DNA from: Eledone cirrhosa
Taxonomy: Eukaryota
Length of the DNA stretch: 64,000 bases
Assembly (NCBI GenBank): GCA_964016885.1
Contig: OZ024741.1
Span: forward strand, 273,978,001-274,042,000
Reading direction: 5' to 3'
The notes below the pieces were generated by a model, which did not search any database, was not told the DNA's origin, and worked only from the letters and a program-made list of their open reading frames with translations. Positions 1-13,044 of this stretch are shown piece after piece (the stretch's first letter is position 1; the number at the start of each line of letters is the position of its first letter). The position numbers were made by a program, and so were the translations under genes.

Positions 1-446
1 AGAGTGGGGGAGACGGAGGCAGTGAGTGAAAGAGAGAACATCAACCATATAATAGGGAGAGAGGGGGAGAGTGGGGGAGACGGAGGCAGTGAGTGAAAGA
101 GAGAACATCAACCATATAATAGTGAGAGAGGGGGAGTGTGGGGGAGACGGAGGCAGTGAGTGAAAGAGAGAGAGAACATCAACCATATAATAGTGAGAGA
201 GGGGGAGAGTGAGGGAGACGGAGGCAGTGGGTGAAAGAGAGAACATCAACCATATAATAGTGAGAGAGGGGGAGAGTGAGGGATACGGAGGCAGTGAGTG
301 AAAGAGAGAACATCAACCATATAATAGTGAGAGAGGGGGAGAGTGGGGGAGACGGAGGCAGTGAGTGAAAGAGAGAACATCAACCATATAATAGTGAGAG
401 AGGGGGAGAGTGAGGGATACGGAGGCAGTGAGTGAAAGAGAGAACA
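1..446. repeat. ~59-bp tandem minisatellite (about 7.5 copies, truncated by window start)
   Basis: Unit GGGAGACGGAGGCAGTGAGTGAAAGAGAGAACATCAACCATATAATAGTGAGAGAGGGGGAGAGT repeated head-to-tail. Confidence 0.95.
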
Positions 447-515
447 CACAAACAGTTTTTTCTCAATATCCATCTGGCCAGCATTCACGTATGCCACCAT
501 GTCAGATTGTTATAG

Positions 516-1045
<530 letters not shown>

Positions 1046-1206
1046 AACAACGCAGATGCAATGAATTGGCAGAATCATTAAAACGTCAGAATATATTGCA
1101 ACAATCGTTCAGGCTTTCTGTACTCTCTTCAAATGCCACAAACATCAACTTTGCCCTTCGAGGTCGATAAAAAAAAGTACCAGTTCTGTCTGGGTTGGAT
1201 TTAGAC

Positions 1207-1745
1207 CAGTCATGGGCAACATGCGACCCACTAAGCTTTCTGAATCACCTAAGTGAAATCTAAGTCACCTAAGTGAAATCTCTCTGATATTTTTACCCAA
1301 ACTCTTCAGTCAGCCTATGAACGTTTCCTCCGACCCTCGTACTTCTCTGTGGTGATTGTTTTGTGATGATTCAAGAAGCTGAAGTGGATTAAGCCGGCTG
1401 CCGACCTCCAAACAGTCACTATAACCTTCTTTCGGTGTAATTTCAGCTTTGGAAAGTGTTTAGGGCAGTCATGGGCAACCTGCGGCCCGCGAAGCCCGCC
1501 TAAGTCACCTAAGTGAAATCTTTCTGATTTTTTTACCCAAAATTTTCAGTCGTAATTTATCTTTCTACCATTTTTACGATCGAGGAAAACAACGTGTAGG
1601 AATTCTGAAGAAACAAATCAAAACAGCCTGAGTTACCACCCTTTTATTTTAATGTGGGCACGAATGTAAATTAGCGTTTGCGGCCCGCCTGATGATGAGC
1701 CATATCTCATGCGGCCCACTTCTCGCAAAAGGTTGTTCATGCCTG
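1207..1745 (+). mobile_element. Non-autonomous hAT DNA transposon, composite (two left ends)
   Basis: TIRs CAGTCATGGGCAAC / GTTGTTCATGCCTG; identical 8-bp TSD ATTTAGAC at 1199-1206 and 1746-1753; GCGGCCC subterminal motifs; second left end at 1466. Confidence 0.85.
1339..1464 (-). pseudogene. mariner transposase fragment inside the hAT element
   Basis: Minus strand reads PKHFPKLKLHRKKVIVTVWRSAAGLIHFSFLNHHKTITTEKY, closely resembling the catalytic-domain segment of Hsmar1-type mariner transposases. Confidence 0.8.
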
Positions 1746-2421
1746 ATTTAGACCTTGGGGTTCCCTGGGGTTTTCAGGTTTTTTGTGGGTGTGCTCATAC
1801 ACGAAAAATTAGAATAAACAACAACCCCTCAATTTTACATATCAAAGTTAGCTTGGCACAAGTAATTGGAATTGAAAAGATATACATACAGGTATTAAAT
1901 TCAAAAATTCTAAACATCCTAGAACTAAAAATTTCAGCTGAGGACACAAATAAATTGCTACGGCCGTCGTTGGTAGGGCCCCTACTGCAGGGGGCCCGGA
2001 CAATTTCTCCCTTTGCTCTCACCCCGTTAAATCCGGCCCTGAGTCCAGTAATGGTGTCAATTCTTTCTTCTTATCTTTTATCACCTCTAAAGAAATCGGC
2101 TGTGTTCAAACCTGGAGTGAAATAGGTTCCACCATGTTTGAAACTTGCCTAATTTTTTCGAGAGAAAGAAATAATCAACTCCACCCTTCATCAGAAGTGG
2201 AATGGTACTTTATAGTTCTTGAAAGCATGAAAGGCAAATGCGACATTAGTAGGATTTGAACTCGTGGCTTGACCGTAGAGACTTGACCACAGAGACCCGG
2301 AACAACTATCAAGGTAGTTTAGACCCGACGTCTCTAACAACTCTACCAATTCACCGCCTTCCTCCTGACTCGTCGAACTATAAAGTGTAAAGAGCTAAAT
2401 CTCCCTGAGAACTATGTAAAG

Positions 2422-2621
2422 CAGACATGTCAAACATACGGCCCTTTACAAGGACACCTGCGGCCCGCTTAAAGGGTTTTAATGCGCGAGCATGTTTTAT
2501 CTTCGTAATATAACATTTTAAAAAAATAGTTGTAATGTGCGAAATTAGTTGTCGTGTGTGGCCCTCAGACAACACATGTGACCCATGTGGCCCTCAGGGG
2601 ACCCTCAGTTTGACATGCCTC
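2422..2621 (+). mobile_element. hAT MITE (200 bp)
   Basis: TIRs CAGACATGTCAAAC / GTTTGACATGCCTC; 8-bp TSD ATGTAAAG at 2414-2421 and 2622-2629; GGCCC subterminal motifs. Confidence 0.88.
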
Positions 2622-2763
2622 ATGTAAAGGGTGCATGTTTCTGTGGAATACTCAGCCACTTGAGAGTAAAAGGTACATTCAATGTACGTGAGCGTCAATG
2701 TGTGTTTTTTTCCACGAAATTACACACCGTGGTTATAGAGTACATTTGACCACACATCCACCC

Positions 2764-2819
<56 letters not shown>

Positions 2820-3049
2820 TATATACACACATACACAAATATGCACACACAAAGATAAAATACACATACCTACCATGGCAGAGAGGACCTAATGTCAATA
2901 CCCCTCTTCCTACACACACACATACACACTCACACGCACGTCTCAGCAAATGATCTTTTGACATCAGAGGTCAAGGTTAAAACAATGATGAATAAGTTCA
3001 AACATACATTATTTCTCCCACACCACCGCATCGTCTCCAACCCAATAGA

Positions 3050-3388
3050 AGTCTCTCTCTCTCTCTGTCTCTCTTTCCCCATCCCTCTTTCCCTTTCTTT
3101 TCCTCTTTTTCTCTCCCCTCTCTCCCTCGCCTCTCTCTCTCTCCCCGTCTCTCTTTCCCCATCCCTCTTTCCCTTTCTCTTCCTCTTTTTCTCTCCCCTC
3201 TATCCCTCGCCTCTCTCTCTCCCTCCGTCTCTCTTTCCCCATCCCTCTTTCCCTTTCTCTTCCTCTCTTTCTCTCCCCTCTATCCCTCGCCTCTCTCTCT
3301 CTCTCCGTCTCTCTTTCCCCATCCCTCTTTCCCTTTCTCTTCCTCTTTTTCTCTCCCCTCGCCTTTCTCTCTCCCCTCTACCCCCCCA

Positions 3389-3412
<24 letters not shown>
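3050..3412. repeat. CT-rich tandem repeat (~80-bp higher-order unit)
   Basis: Repeats of TCTCTTTCCCCATCCCTCTTTCCCTTTCTCTTCCTC. Confidence 0.85.
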
Positions 3413-3433
<21 letters not shown>

Positions 3434-3926
3434 GACACACATATACCCGTACATTCAGCAGAAGTGTGTGTGCTCTCGTCGTAAAGGAGTTGGATTTGCG
3501 ATCATAATGTCGAGGGTTCGATTCCTTTACTGTGTTGTGTTGTGTTCTTAAGCAAAACACTTCTTTTTTCACTTTGCTTCAGTATATGAAAATGAGTATT
3601 AGCAGCAATAGCTGAGAGTTTCTGAGTACGGCATATATGTGAAGGTATGTATATTTCCTCTGATAATTTGTAATATTTTTACATAGATCTTAAACATGAT
3701 ATACATACCAACACACATACACATCCCAGAAACGATCGTAAAATGATGAATTTTTTAATATGAGGAACTTGTTCTTTGTTTTTATTTCATTGTTTTTATT
3801 CATTTATCTTGACTCTGTTTTCCTATGATTTTTATCGAAAAATTTTGAATGCATCTTCTCTTTTCATTTGGATTACATTGAGTTCTTCATACGGATTGGA
3901 CACTACCGTATATTTTGGTAGATTTA

Positions 3927-3963
<37 letters not shown>

Positions 3964-4066
3964 ACAATGAGGTATTTGGTTTCTTGATTATTCAACAAAG
4001 TTAGTTTTACAACAGTTTAGAAGCACTCAATAGATTTTTGATCCGGAGTATCATTAATAGCAATAA

Positions 4067-4250
4067 TTGTTTCTACTTTTGGCACAAGGCCAGCAATTAT
4101 CCCAGTGCATTACTGTTACTTTATTTTATCGACCCCGTAAGGATGAAAGGCAAAGTTAACCTCGGCGGGATTTGAACTCAGATCATAAAGGGAGGTAACT
4201 CTATGCTTCAAAGCATGGCGTCCGACCCTTACCGATACTGCCAATCCACC
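4067..4250 (-). mobile_element. tRNA-derived SINE (major family of this window)
   Basis: Pol III A box TGGCAGTATCGG and B box GAGTTCAAATCC; body GGTTAACTTTGCCTTTCATCCTTACGGGGTCGATAAAATAAAG; more than 10 copies in the window. Confidence 0.9.
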
Positions 4251-4251
4251 G

Positions 4252-4528
4252 ATAGCAATAATATTAATAAATAGAAAATATCTTTATAAAACCATATTTA
4301 TTTTATTATACGTATTTCAAGGGTACTAATATTTAAGTACGCTTTCGTCAGATAAAATATAATAATTGGTGTTAAGATAGTGACATATCTTCATGTGAAT
4401 TTAATGGTATAAGTTATTATATTTTATCTGACGAAAGCGTACTTAAATATTAGTACCCTTGAAATACGTATATTAAAATAAATATGGTTTTATAAAGATA
4501 TTTTTCATTTATTAATATTATTGCTATA
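4252..4528. mobile_element. Foldback element: inverted PLE pseudo-LTR-like arms (~115 bp), hammerhead motif in each arm
   Basis: 4252-4366 is a near-perfect reverse complement of 4413-4528; related to 27295-27400. Confidence 0.8.
4301..4357 (-). ncRNA. Minimal type-I hammerhead ribozyme
   Basis: UUUUAU-CUGACGA-AAGCGUACU(UAAAUAUU)AGUACCCUU-GAAA-UACGUA-UA-AUAAAA: 6-bp stem I, intact core, palindromic stem III. Confidence 0.75.
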
Positions 4529-4550
4529 TATATATTGTTATATATATATA

Positions 4551-5116
4551 TATTGTTATACTTTGGGAGGGTCACGTTGCCAATAAGAAACACACGCACC
4601 AGTTGCTTTCACTCCAATTTATTATAAATTAAAAAGAAAAAACAAATATTTATAAATTTCCGGTTGGTTGGTTGGTTCCACAACCGGACGGTTGTTCATA
4701 TATTGTCAAAGTTCTTTCGTCACACATTCTGTGACCTCTTCAGTGACTGGGGATTCTTTTCTTTGTTTTGTGCCTCTCCTTTGTTCTGTCCTACGCCATC
4801 TTATTTTTGTGTGTGTAGAACACAAAGAAAAGAATCCCCAGTCACTGAAGAGGTCACAGAATGTGTGACGAAAGAACTTTGACAATATACGAACAACCGT
4901 CCAGCTGTGGAGCCAACCAACCAACCAACCGGAAATTTATAAATTTTTATTTTTATTTTTTTTTATTTTTTTTTATTTTTTATTTATAATAAATTGGAGT
5001 GAAAACAACTGGTGCGTGTGTTTCTTATTGGCAACGTGACCCTCCCAAAGTATAACAATATCGGTTTCAACACTACGTTTTCAGATAAAGAATCTTGCTA
5101 AACAAATTCAGAAACG

Positions 5117-5120
<4 letters not shown>
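4551..5120. mobile_element. Foldback PLE-type non-autonomous element (~215-bp inverted arms) in (TA)n; hammerhead-like motif at 4841-4883(+) and its mirror
   Basis: 4551-4765 is the inverse of 4823-5060; GUCA-CUGAAGA-G-GUCACA(GAAUG)UGUGAC-GAAA-GAAC-UU-UGAC; second copy at 6384-6667. Confidence 0.8.
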
Positions 5121-5187
<67 letters not shown>

Positions 5188-5191
<4 letters not shown>

Positions 5192-5614
5192 GAAATGACA
5201 GGAGGCTGGATTTGTGTAAATCCTTGAAAGGTTTATTATACTATGATCATTTCAATCGAGGGCGACCGGCTAAGATGGAGGGTGCAAGATAGCGGTCGCC
5301 CTCGGGTCCTCGATTTTCAGCCCCATGGATTTTATCTATTACATTCACGTATTATATTTCGAATACCTGATGATATCACCGGATTCATACGGAACCCGGT
5401 CATTGAAATGATCATAGTATAATAAACCTTTCAAGGATTTACACAAGTCCAGCCTCCTGTCATTTCATTATAATATTTAACTCCGTAATAGCACCACCAA
5501 CTACAAAAACAAAGACGGTTGAACTGCTTTACGTTGAGTACTCTCTATATTATTACATTACGATTGACCATACGGAATAGACCAGCTCTATACAGTGGTG
5601 AACCTCAAACCTGA

Positions 5615-5615
<1 letters not shown>
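5188..5615 (+). mobile_element. PLE-type short element with inverted 5' duplication; hammerhead at 5363-5420
   Basis: 5188-5256 is the inverse of 5402-5470; AUAC-CUGAUGA-stem II-GAAA-UGAUCA-UA-GUAU; flanked by (TA)n on both sides. Confidence 0.75.
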
Positions 5616-5705
<90 letters not shown>

Positions 5706-5708
5706 GTA

Positions 5709-5741
<33 letters not shown>

Positions 5742-5753
5742 ATATATTTATAT

Positions 5754-5935
<182 letters not shown>

Positions 5936-6331
5936 ATATATATTTAAGCTGAAGGCTGTCGTATTTTCCGTGGCACACATTTGCACCGAAGATATGTGTC
6001 GTCAGTTCCAAAAAGTGTGGTTGGTCCTATACAGGCCTTCACCACTTTAAAACAAAACTGTGTGTGGATAGTTCAACATCAGTTCACTTTCTCACATTTC
6101 TGCCAGTCTTTTGCAGGCGGAGTCGGTAGGTGATGGGGTGACAGTGGCGAGGACAGGTAGAGGATACTACTATAAGTCTCTAGCTGGAGCTCTGCACTAT
6201 GGGGACTGCTGTGTGATGGCCGTTCTAGCCGTTCTATCACAATTGTCACTGGCGGGATTGAAATGTCACATGAAAAATCGCCATCCAGAGCTGGGGTTTT
6301 GTTGGACACTGATACGTCGGATATCGACATA

Positions 6332-6383
<52 letters not shown>

Positions 6384-6385
<2 letters not shown>

Positions 6386-6667
6386 CGTTTCTGAATACAC
6401 ACAAAAACAAGATGGCGTAGAACAGAACAAAGGAGAGGCACAAAAACAAAGAAAAGAATCCCCAGTCACTGAAGAGGTCACACAATATGTGACGAAATAA
6501 CTTTGACAATATATGAACAATCGTCTGGTTGTGGAACCAACCAACCAACCGGAAATTTATAAATTCCAAAATTTATGAAGTTAATTTATTGAAGTGAAAT
6601 TGAAGTGAAAGCAACTTGTGCGTGTGTTTCTTATTGGCAACATGACCCTCCCAAAGTATAACAATAT
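6384..6667 (+). mobile_element. Second copy of the 4551-5120 family, with a short inverted 5' tag
   Basis: High similarity to the 4551-4815 segment (inverse); begins TTTCGTTTCTGAAT, the reverse complement of the end of the first copy. Confidence 0.8.
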
Positions 6668-6731
<64 letters not shown>

Positions 6732-6916
6732 TAGCATTGCACCCGTGGCTTATAGTAAAACAATATGGTTACAATATTCTATATAAAAATACTTGAATCC
6801 TCGATTTTCTTTGACTTTTTCCCCTTTGTCACTCCAGCTCTATTTTCTTTTCTTCGTTTATTTAATTTCAATTACAACAATTTCTTCTACATTTACTTAA
6901 ATCTCTATCAAACATA

Positions 6917-7102
6917 TCTATATATCTAAAACAGAGAATGTCTGTCTGTCCAATCACTAAAACTCGAGAACCACCCAACCGATATTTTTCAAACTTTACA
7001 CATGTAACACTTATGGTCCTGTGAGTGTTCTGAGCAAAACAAATTTCAAATTTTCAATGCCCTAGGGACCGCATTAGGGGATTTAGCGATCTCTCTCTCT
7101 CG

Positions 7103-7184
<82 letters not shown>

Positions 7185-7472
7185 GTCTTTCTCTTTTTAG
7201 ATAGATACATAGATATAACGTTGCGCCCTTATAATATCTGTCTGTATGCCTGGCTGTCTGCATTACGACATTATGACGTAGCTGTGTGTGTGTGTGCGTA
7301 TATATGTATATATAGTGTGTGTATATATATATATATATAGTGTGTAACGTTTTTCGAAATATTTACTTCTGCGTTCACAGATTGATTTTTTTAATTTTAG
7401 TTTCAGAAGATCCCGTTAAGGGTGAAAGCAGCGATTCTTTGCTTAAACTTTAATCTGTTATTTTAATATGTA

Positions 7473-7544
<72 letters not shown>

Positions 7545-8053
7545 TCCTGGTCGTTCTTTTTCGGCTGCACGGGTGATTTTAGGCATGATCTCTATGTGTT
7601 GGTATTTTAACGATAGTTATAGCTCTGATTTTTCCAAATTATTGAGCCCTCTGCCACATATATCGGATATTGTTTATCGTGTTTTCGTGGGCTGATATTC
7701 CGATTCTCGATTATTCTACTATATATATAATATATATATATTATATATATATTATATATATAATATATATATTATATATATATATATATATATAATTATA
7801 TATTCGTGTAGAGATATTTTTGCATACACAATAGCAAAATATAAACAAAAGTATTTATTTCGCGATAAAGTATTGATTTTCTTCGCACGGAAAAAAACCC
7901 TGGTAATCTACGACGAATCTTTTTTATAAGCACAAATGTAGACACCATCCCGAGGCCGAGGTATTCCGTACTTCTCTGTACTGTTTCCGAAAGGAGGGAT
8001 AAACATGCCAATCTATGTTTAGAATCCCGAGCAACGCCGGGCCATTCTGCTAG
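6917..8053 (+). mobile_element. Probable non-autonomous Helitron with nested microsatellites and other inserts
   Basis: 5' TCTATATATCTAAAACAGAGAATGTCTGTCTGTC; 3' hairpin CCCGAGCAACGCCGGG then CTAG|T at 8050-8054; pairing of the two ends is inferred. Confidence 0.6.
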
Positions 8054-8059
8054 TATAAA

Positions 8060-8445
8060 CTAATTTTGTTGTTGTTCTGTAATTTCTTTATTAATAGAAA
8101 AATAAATAGATTGAGAAGGAAGAATGGAATGTAAAATAAGAAAATATAAAAACGGAAAAGGAAGGGAAAGGCAAGGGGTCTAGTGTCACAGAAGAATGGC
8201 AAGGCGAAATGGGGGGGGGGGGGGTATGGGCTCCGGGCATAGGGCGCGGCGGTATTGGGGCTGAGCCCCGCGAACAAGACCGTAAAAGCATTCTCGTGGA
8301 CAATGGCCAGCGACACTCGCTGCAACAGCCACCACACCTCGCGGGGCTCCTGCCTCAGACGGGTGTTGACATTCCGATCTTCCGGAGGAGCTCGGCAGTA
8401 GGGGGTCTCGACGGCAAGACCGGGATTTCTGGCCGAAGCGACTAA
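8060..8445 (-). mobile_element. CRE/SLACS-like non-LTR retrotransposon 3' fragment (REL endonuclease C-terminus)
   Basis: Frameshifted minus-strand translation AVET...ELLRKIG...EPREVWWLLQRVSLAIVHENAFTVL resembles the CRE-clade C-terminal motif (AVET...QRLSxAIQRGNA). Confidence 0.7.
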
Positions 8446-8549
8446 GTATGATGACTTTGTTTTACGTATCTGTCTGTACGTCCATCCAATTTGTTCTCTT
8501 TCTCTCTCTCCTCTCTCTCTCTATCTCTCTCTCTCTCACTCTCTCCCCC

Positions 8550-8581
<32 letters not shown>

Positions 8582-8905
8582 ATTTATCTATCGTGTCTGT
8601 CTGTCTGTCTGTCTGTCAGTCTGTCAGTCTGTCTGTGTATGTATGTTCATCACGCAAAATCTATATAGACTCTACTCTATTTCTATGTCACTAGTGGTTG
8701 AGTGAATGTCGTTGATGTAAGATTAACGAATCTTGAAACAGCGCTGTCAAGCACTCTTCGATACGAAAAAATATATTTTTTTTATAACGAGTGTACCAAT
8801 ATGTATATTGCAATACATATCTACGCTGGTCGGAGATCATTAACTTAATCCCAGCGATCTTCGTTACTTTTATAATATAATATTATAATATATATATATA
8901 TATAT

Positions 8906-9585
8906 ACATCAAAAGTATATATTGAGTGAGAAACTCAAAATAGTCTCTTACAAGGAACATTTTTTTTCCGGGCCGTGTAATATAATTCAATGTAATAAAA
9001 AGACAAACAGATATATACACATGTGTTCAAATCGTAAGGGACTTATATTGAATTATATTACATGGTCCGGAACATTTTTTTTCCTTGAGCTATTTAATTG
9101 TGAGAGACTATTTTGAGTTTCTAACTCAATAAATACTTTTGATAAATTCGGCTCCTTGAATTTGTAGAACTACTTTAAATGTCGAGTGAACCTGGCTGCT
9201 ATTTTTAGTAGCATACGTTTTACGAGACACGCTAGGCTCTGGATACCATATGCTTTATTTTAAATACTCACCTCATTTAGTCTTCTAAGAAACCTAGAAG
9301 TGAAAGGTTTTAGTCACTCGGACATCGACTGACGAACAATAGAATTGGTAATTCCCATTCACTTCATTGCGAAACAGCATTGCCAAAGGCTGTCTGGATG
9401 TACAATTGGCAGTTGTCACAATTTCAGTTTGTACTTTTTCTTAATTTATTCTTTTAATTGAGTCTGGCAAACCGTGTTGTTCATAGATAGTATCCTATTC
9501 ACCCCAGTGAATCTGGTCCCTTACGATTTGAACACATATATGTATATATCTGTGTTTATCTCTCTTTATTATATTGAATTATATA
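8906..9585 (+). mobile_element. PLE-type element: ~530-bp unit preceded by an inverted copy of its end-to-start junction
   Basis: 8908-8990 is the inverse of 9046-9143; 8985-9042 is the inverse of 9516-9582; degenerate CUGACGA...GAAAC at 9329-9384. Confidence 0.65.
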
Positions 9586-9600
9586 TATATATATATATAT

Positions 9601-9638
<38 letters not shown>

Positions 9639-9643
9639 CAATC

Positions 9644-9675
<32 letters not shown>

Positions 9676-9721
9676 ATTCAATATATATATACATATATAT
9701 ATATACATTTATATATATATA

Positions 9722-9906
9722 TAAGGGGGAATCTTAAAAAATTATTAAAAAATAAATGAATATACAAACGAAGGTCACAGAACTCTATGGTAATCGGCCG
9801 TTGAGAGGGGCTTGGGCAGTTTCGACCCCTACCAACGGTACTGCTGGTCCATCTGGAATCACAGCGTCTGACATAAGCTAAACGCTGTCCAATGGAGTAA
9901 GAGACG
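9722..9906. repeat. Dispersed repeat family (second copy 36275-36456)
   Basis: Shared AAACGAAGG.CACAGAACTC.ATGGT...TTTCGACCC...CTGACATAAGC...TGGAGTAAGAGACG. Confidence 0.75.
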
Positions 9907-9952
9907 TCACTGGTGCCACGCTATATCAGCCATTGACTTTCCCTTAAATAAT

Positions 9953-10136
9953 TGTGTCTACTTTAGGCACAAGGCCAGCAAATACCCAGTACATTACTGG
10001 TACTTTATTTTATCGACCCCGTAAGGATGAAAGGCAAAGTTAACCTCGGCGGGATTTGAACTCAAACCGTAAAGGGACGTAACCATGCTAGAAAGCATGG
10101 CGTCCAACCCTCTACCGATGCTGCCAATTCACGGCC
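9953..10136 (-). mobile_element. tRNA-derived SINE with TSD
   Basis: Family match; flanking direct repeat (CC)TTAAATAAT at 9942-9952 and 10135-10145. Confidence 0.9.
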
Positions 10137-10742
10137 TTAAATAATATCGGTGGCGTAGAGAGGGGAGACTGGAATGCATGGGTGACTGCTGTTCTTCCAC
10201 AAACAAACCTTGTCCAGTCTTGTGCATCGGAGGGTAGCTTTCCAGGTCTTTCCATTGCTGATACTATCTGTCAGTCACAACACCTGGCAGAAGAAAGGAT
10301 CTGAACATCAGATCAGACCAAAGAAACAACGTTTCCATTAGTCTTTCCATTGCTGATATTATCTGTCAGTCATAACTCCTGTGAGAAGAAAGCAACGCTT
10401 CCATTGGTCTTTCCATTGCTGATACTATCTGCTGGTCGCAATTTCTGGTAGAGTGAGTCGGGATCTGATCTCAAAACACACAGAATCAGATTAGATATCA
10501 CAAAGCATTCCGTCAGACCCTTTAAGAATTTTTAACACCTCAAATCCAACGTCCCTGGACTGGTACTTTATTTATCGACACTGACAGCATGAAAGGTAAA
10601 GTTAATTTCGGAGAGAACCGGAATAAATGTAATCCGATGCTTAAAACACCTGGTGGATATGCCCGGTTAATAAAATACCTTAACGTAGATGCCCCAGCCT
10701 GACTGCAGTCAAAGGTCTGAAAGCAATGCAAACCATATAATA

Positions 10743-10958
10743 ATTGTTTCTACTTTAGGTACAAGGCCAGCAATTTGAAGGGGAGGGGAAAGTCGATTAA
10801 ATCAACCCCAGTGTGTTACTGGTACTTTATTTTATTGATCCCGTAAGGAAGAAAGGCAAAGCTAACCTCGGCAGGATTTGAACACAGAACATAAAGGGCC
10901 GTAACTATGTTATGAAGCATGGTGTCCGACGCTCTATCGATACTGCCAATCCACCGGC
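10743..10958 (-). mobile_element. tRNA-derived SINE (long variant)
   Basis: Family match with A/B boxes. Confidence 0.88.
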
Positions 10959-11645
10959 CTCAATATGATAAACAATAAAGGATAAATGACATTAGACAAT
11001 GCCCCACCCTCATCACCCACTCCCACAACCATAGTCGTCACATTCGACAGCGACCTCTCCTCATACTGCAGTGACGTCTATATCACTGTAGTAGACAAGA
11101 GAGGGGGAGGTAACTGCCTCCGCCGCTCTCCCTCCACCCCCACTAAATGTCAGCTGACACAGCAATTTAGATGTCAAACGGCTGAATAGTTAGTGTCAAA
11201 GCTAGAGATAATATTGAGGAGTAGTGAGCAACGTGGATAGTTAGCAGCGGGTGGGTGGGGTGAGAGCGGGGCCGGGCGGGTGACCTTGGTGGGGTGGGTG
11301 ATATAAGGGCTGATGGTGGAGGAGGGTGACAGTGACAGACATTAGGGGTAATTTCAGTTTATTGGTCGCTAATTTCGCTGTGTTTGTTCAGGTTGACGCC
11401 GATAGATAAAAACACAACAAAAATCTCTAGTCATTGGTTAATTAGATGACAAAAGAAATGAAAAATAACATTGATAAAGATCTTTCCACGTTTCAATGTA
11501 GTTTTTCTTTTTTATTGTGATTCTTGTTATCCCCTTTTAAATTGGGCAGATTTACACTCCACCCTAGTTCGTCCCGTTGTTTGTAGAGTATGTGTGAGCG
11601 TTTATGTATATGTATGTGTTGTGTGTGTCAGTATACATGCACGGT

Positions 11646-11683
<38 letters not shown>

Positions 11684-11789
11684 GGAAATACATACTATTG
11701 TACGTCTGTATACATATATGTATGTACATACTTATATTTATATATATATATATGTATGTATGTATGACAAATATATATATATATACAAA

Positions 11790-11839
<50 letters not shown>

Positions 11840-11852
11840 AACCTATACATAC

Positions 11853-11920
<68 letters not shown>

Positions 11921-11955
11921 GTATGACAAATATATGTATACAGATAAACATATTT

Positions 11956-12012
<57 letters not shown>

Positions 12013-12075
12013 TATGCATATTTTTTTACTATTATCTTTGGCATGTATATAATTGTATCATAGAAATCTTAACCG

Positions 12076-12146
<71 letters not shown>

Positions 12147-12151
<5 letters not shown>

Positions 12152-12345
12152 GCCAGTTATTTCAACGATGTTATACCAGGTACGTACGTTTCCTTGTCCC
12201 GGACGACCAACTTATTCAACCTGTTCAGATGAAAATGAACCTGATATGGCGCCGTTGTAGTAACTGGTTTTAATAAATATATAAAAGCTCGCCCTACGGA
12301 CTTGAGTTGCTCTCTACCTTGGATATCCTTATCAAACTTTATGAA
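12147..12345. mobile_element. Short foldback element with degenerate hammerhead (12177-12223, minus)
   Basis: 12147-12180 is an imperfect inverse of 12239-12273; CAGG-UUGAAUA-...-GAAA-CGUACG-UA-CCUG. Confidence 0.6.
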
Positions 12346-12377
12346 ACTACTACTACTACTACTGCTACTACTACTAC

Positions 12378-12474
<97 letters not shown>

Positions 12475-12487
12475 TATAATATATATA

Positions 12488-12698
12488 TAGGAAAAGAGTC
12501 AGGACCCTAACGGCTGAGCTTTGGCCGTTTCGACAGCTAGATCCGAACTGTCGGATCTAGCTGTCGAAAAGGCCGGAGCTCAGCCGTCGGGGTCCTGACT
12601 CTTTTCCTATTACCCACTCTACTACCCTAAGTACCGAGTACGAGTACTCTGGTGCGTTATGGTCCACCTGTTTTCTTACCACACCACACTTTTTTTGT

Positions 12699-12700
<2 letters not shown>
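12488..12700. mobile_element. Foldback element family (also 32072-32193, 35065-35350, 40886-41075)
   Basis: 12488-12546 is the inverse of 12551-12610; shared tail GAGTACTCTGGTGCGTTATGGTCCA. Confidence 0.75.
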
Positions 12701-12761
<61 letters not shown>

Positions 12762-12828
12762 TAAAAGAATGTTATCTTATATATATATATATATCCAGCC
12801 TCTATAATTTTCGGCAAAGGCGTACGTT

Positions 12829-12869
12829 GCTCTGAGGATCGCCAACAGCGTGAAACAGATTCTGTTAGC
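12829..12869 (+). ncRNA. Minimal type-I hammerhead ribozyme in a ~190-bp insert (12795-12985) within (TA)n
   Basis: GCU-CUGAGGA-UCGC(CAACA)GCGU-GAAA-CAG(AUU)CUG-UU-AGC; distal helix UUUCGGCAAA/UUUGCCGAAA extends stem I. Confidence 0.75.
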
Positions 12870-12995
12870 TTCTCCCCTTCTTTTGCCGAAAAAAGAAGTA
12901 AGTGACATAGTCACTACTTTAAAAATGATAGCGCAAGGTCTTCAAAATGTTTTTAATTAAACATACGGTATATTGCCAAATATACTATACATACA

Positions 12996-13039
<44 letters not shown>

Positions 13040-13044
<5 letters not shown>

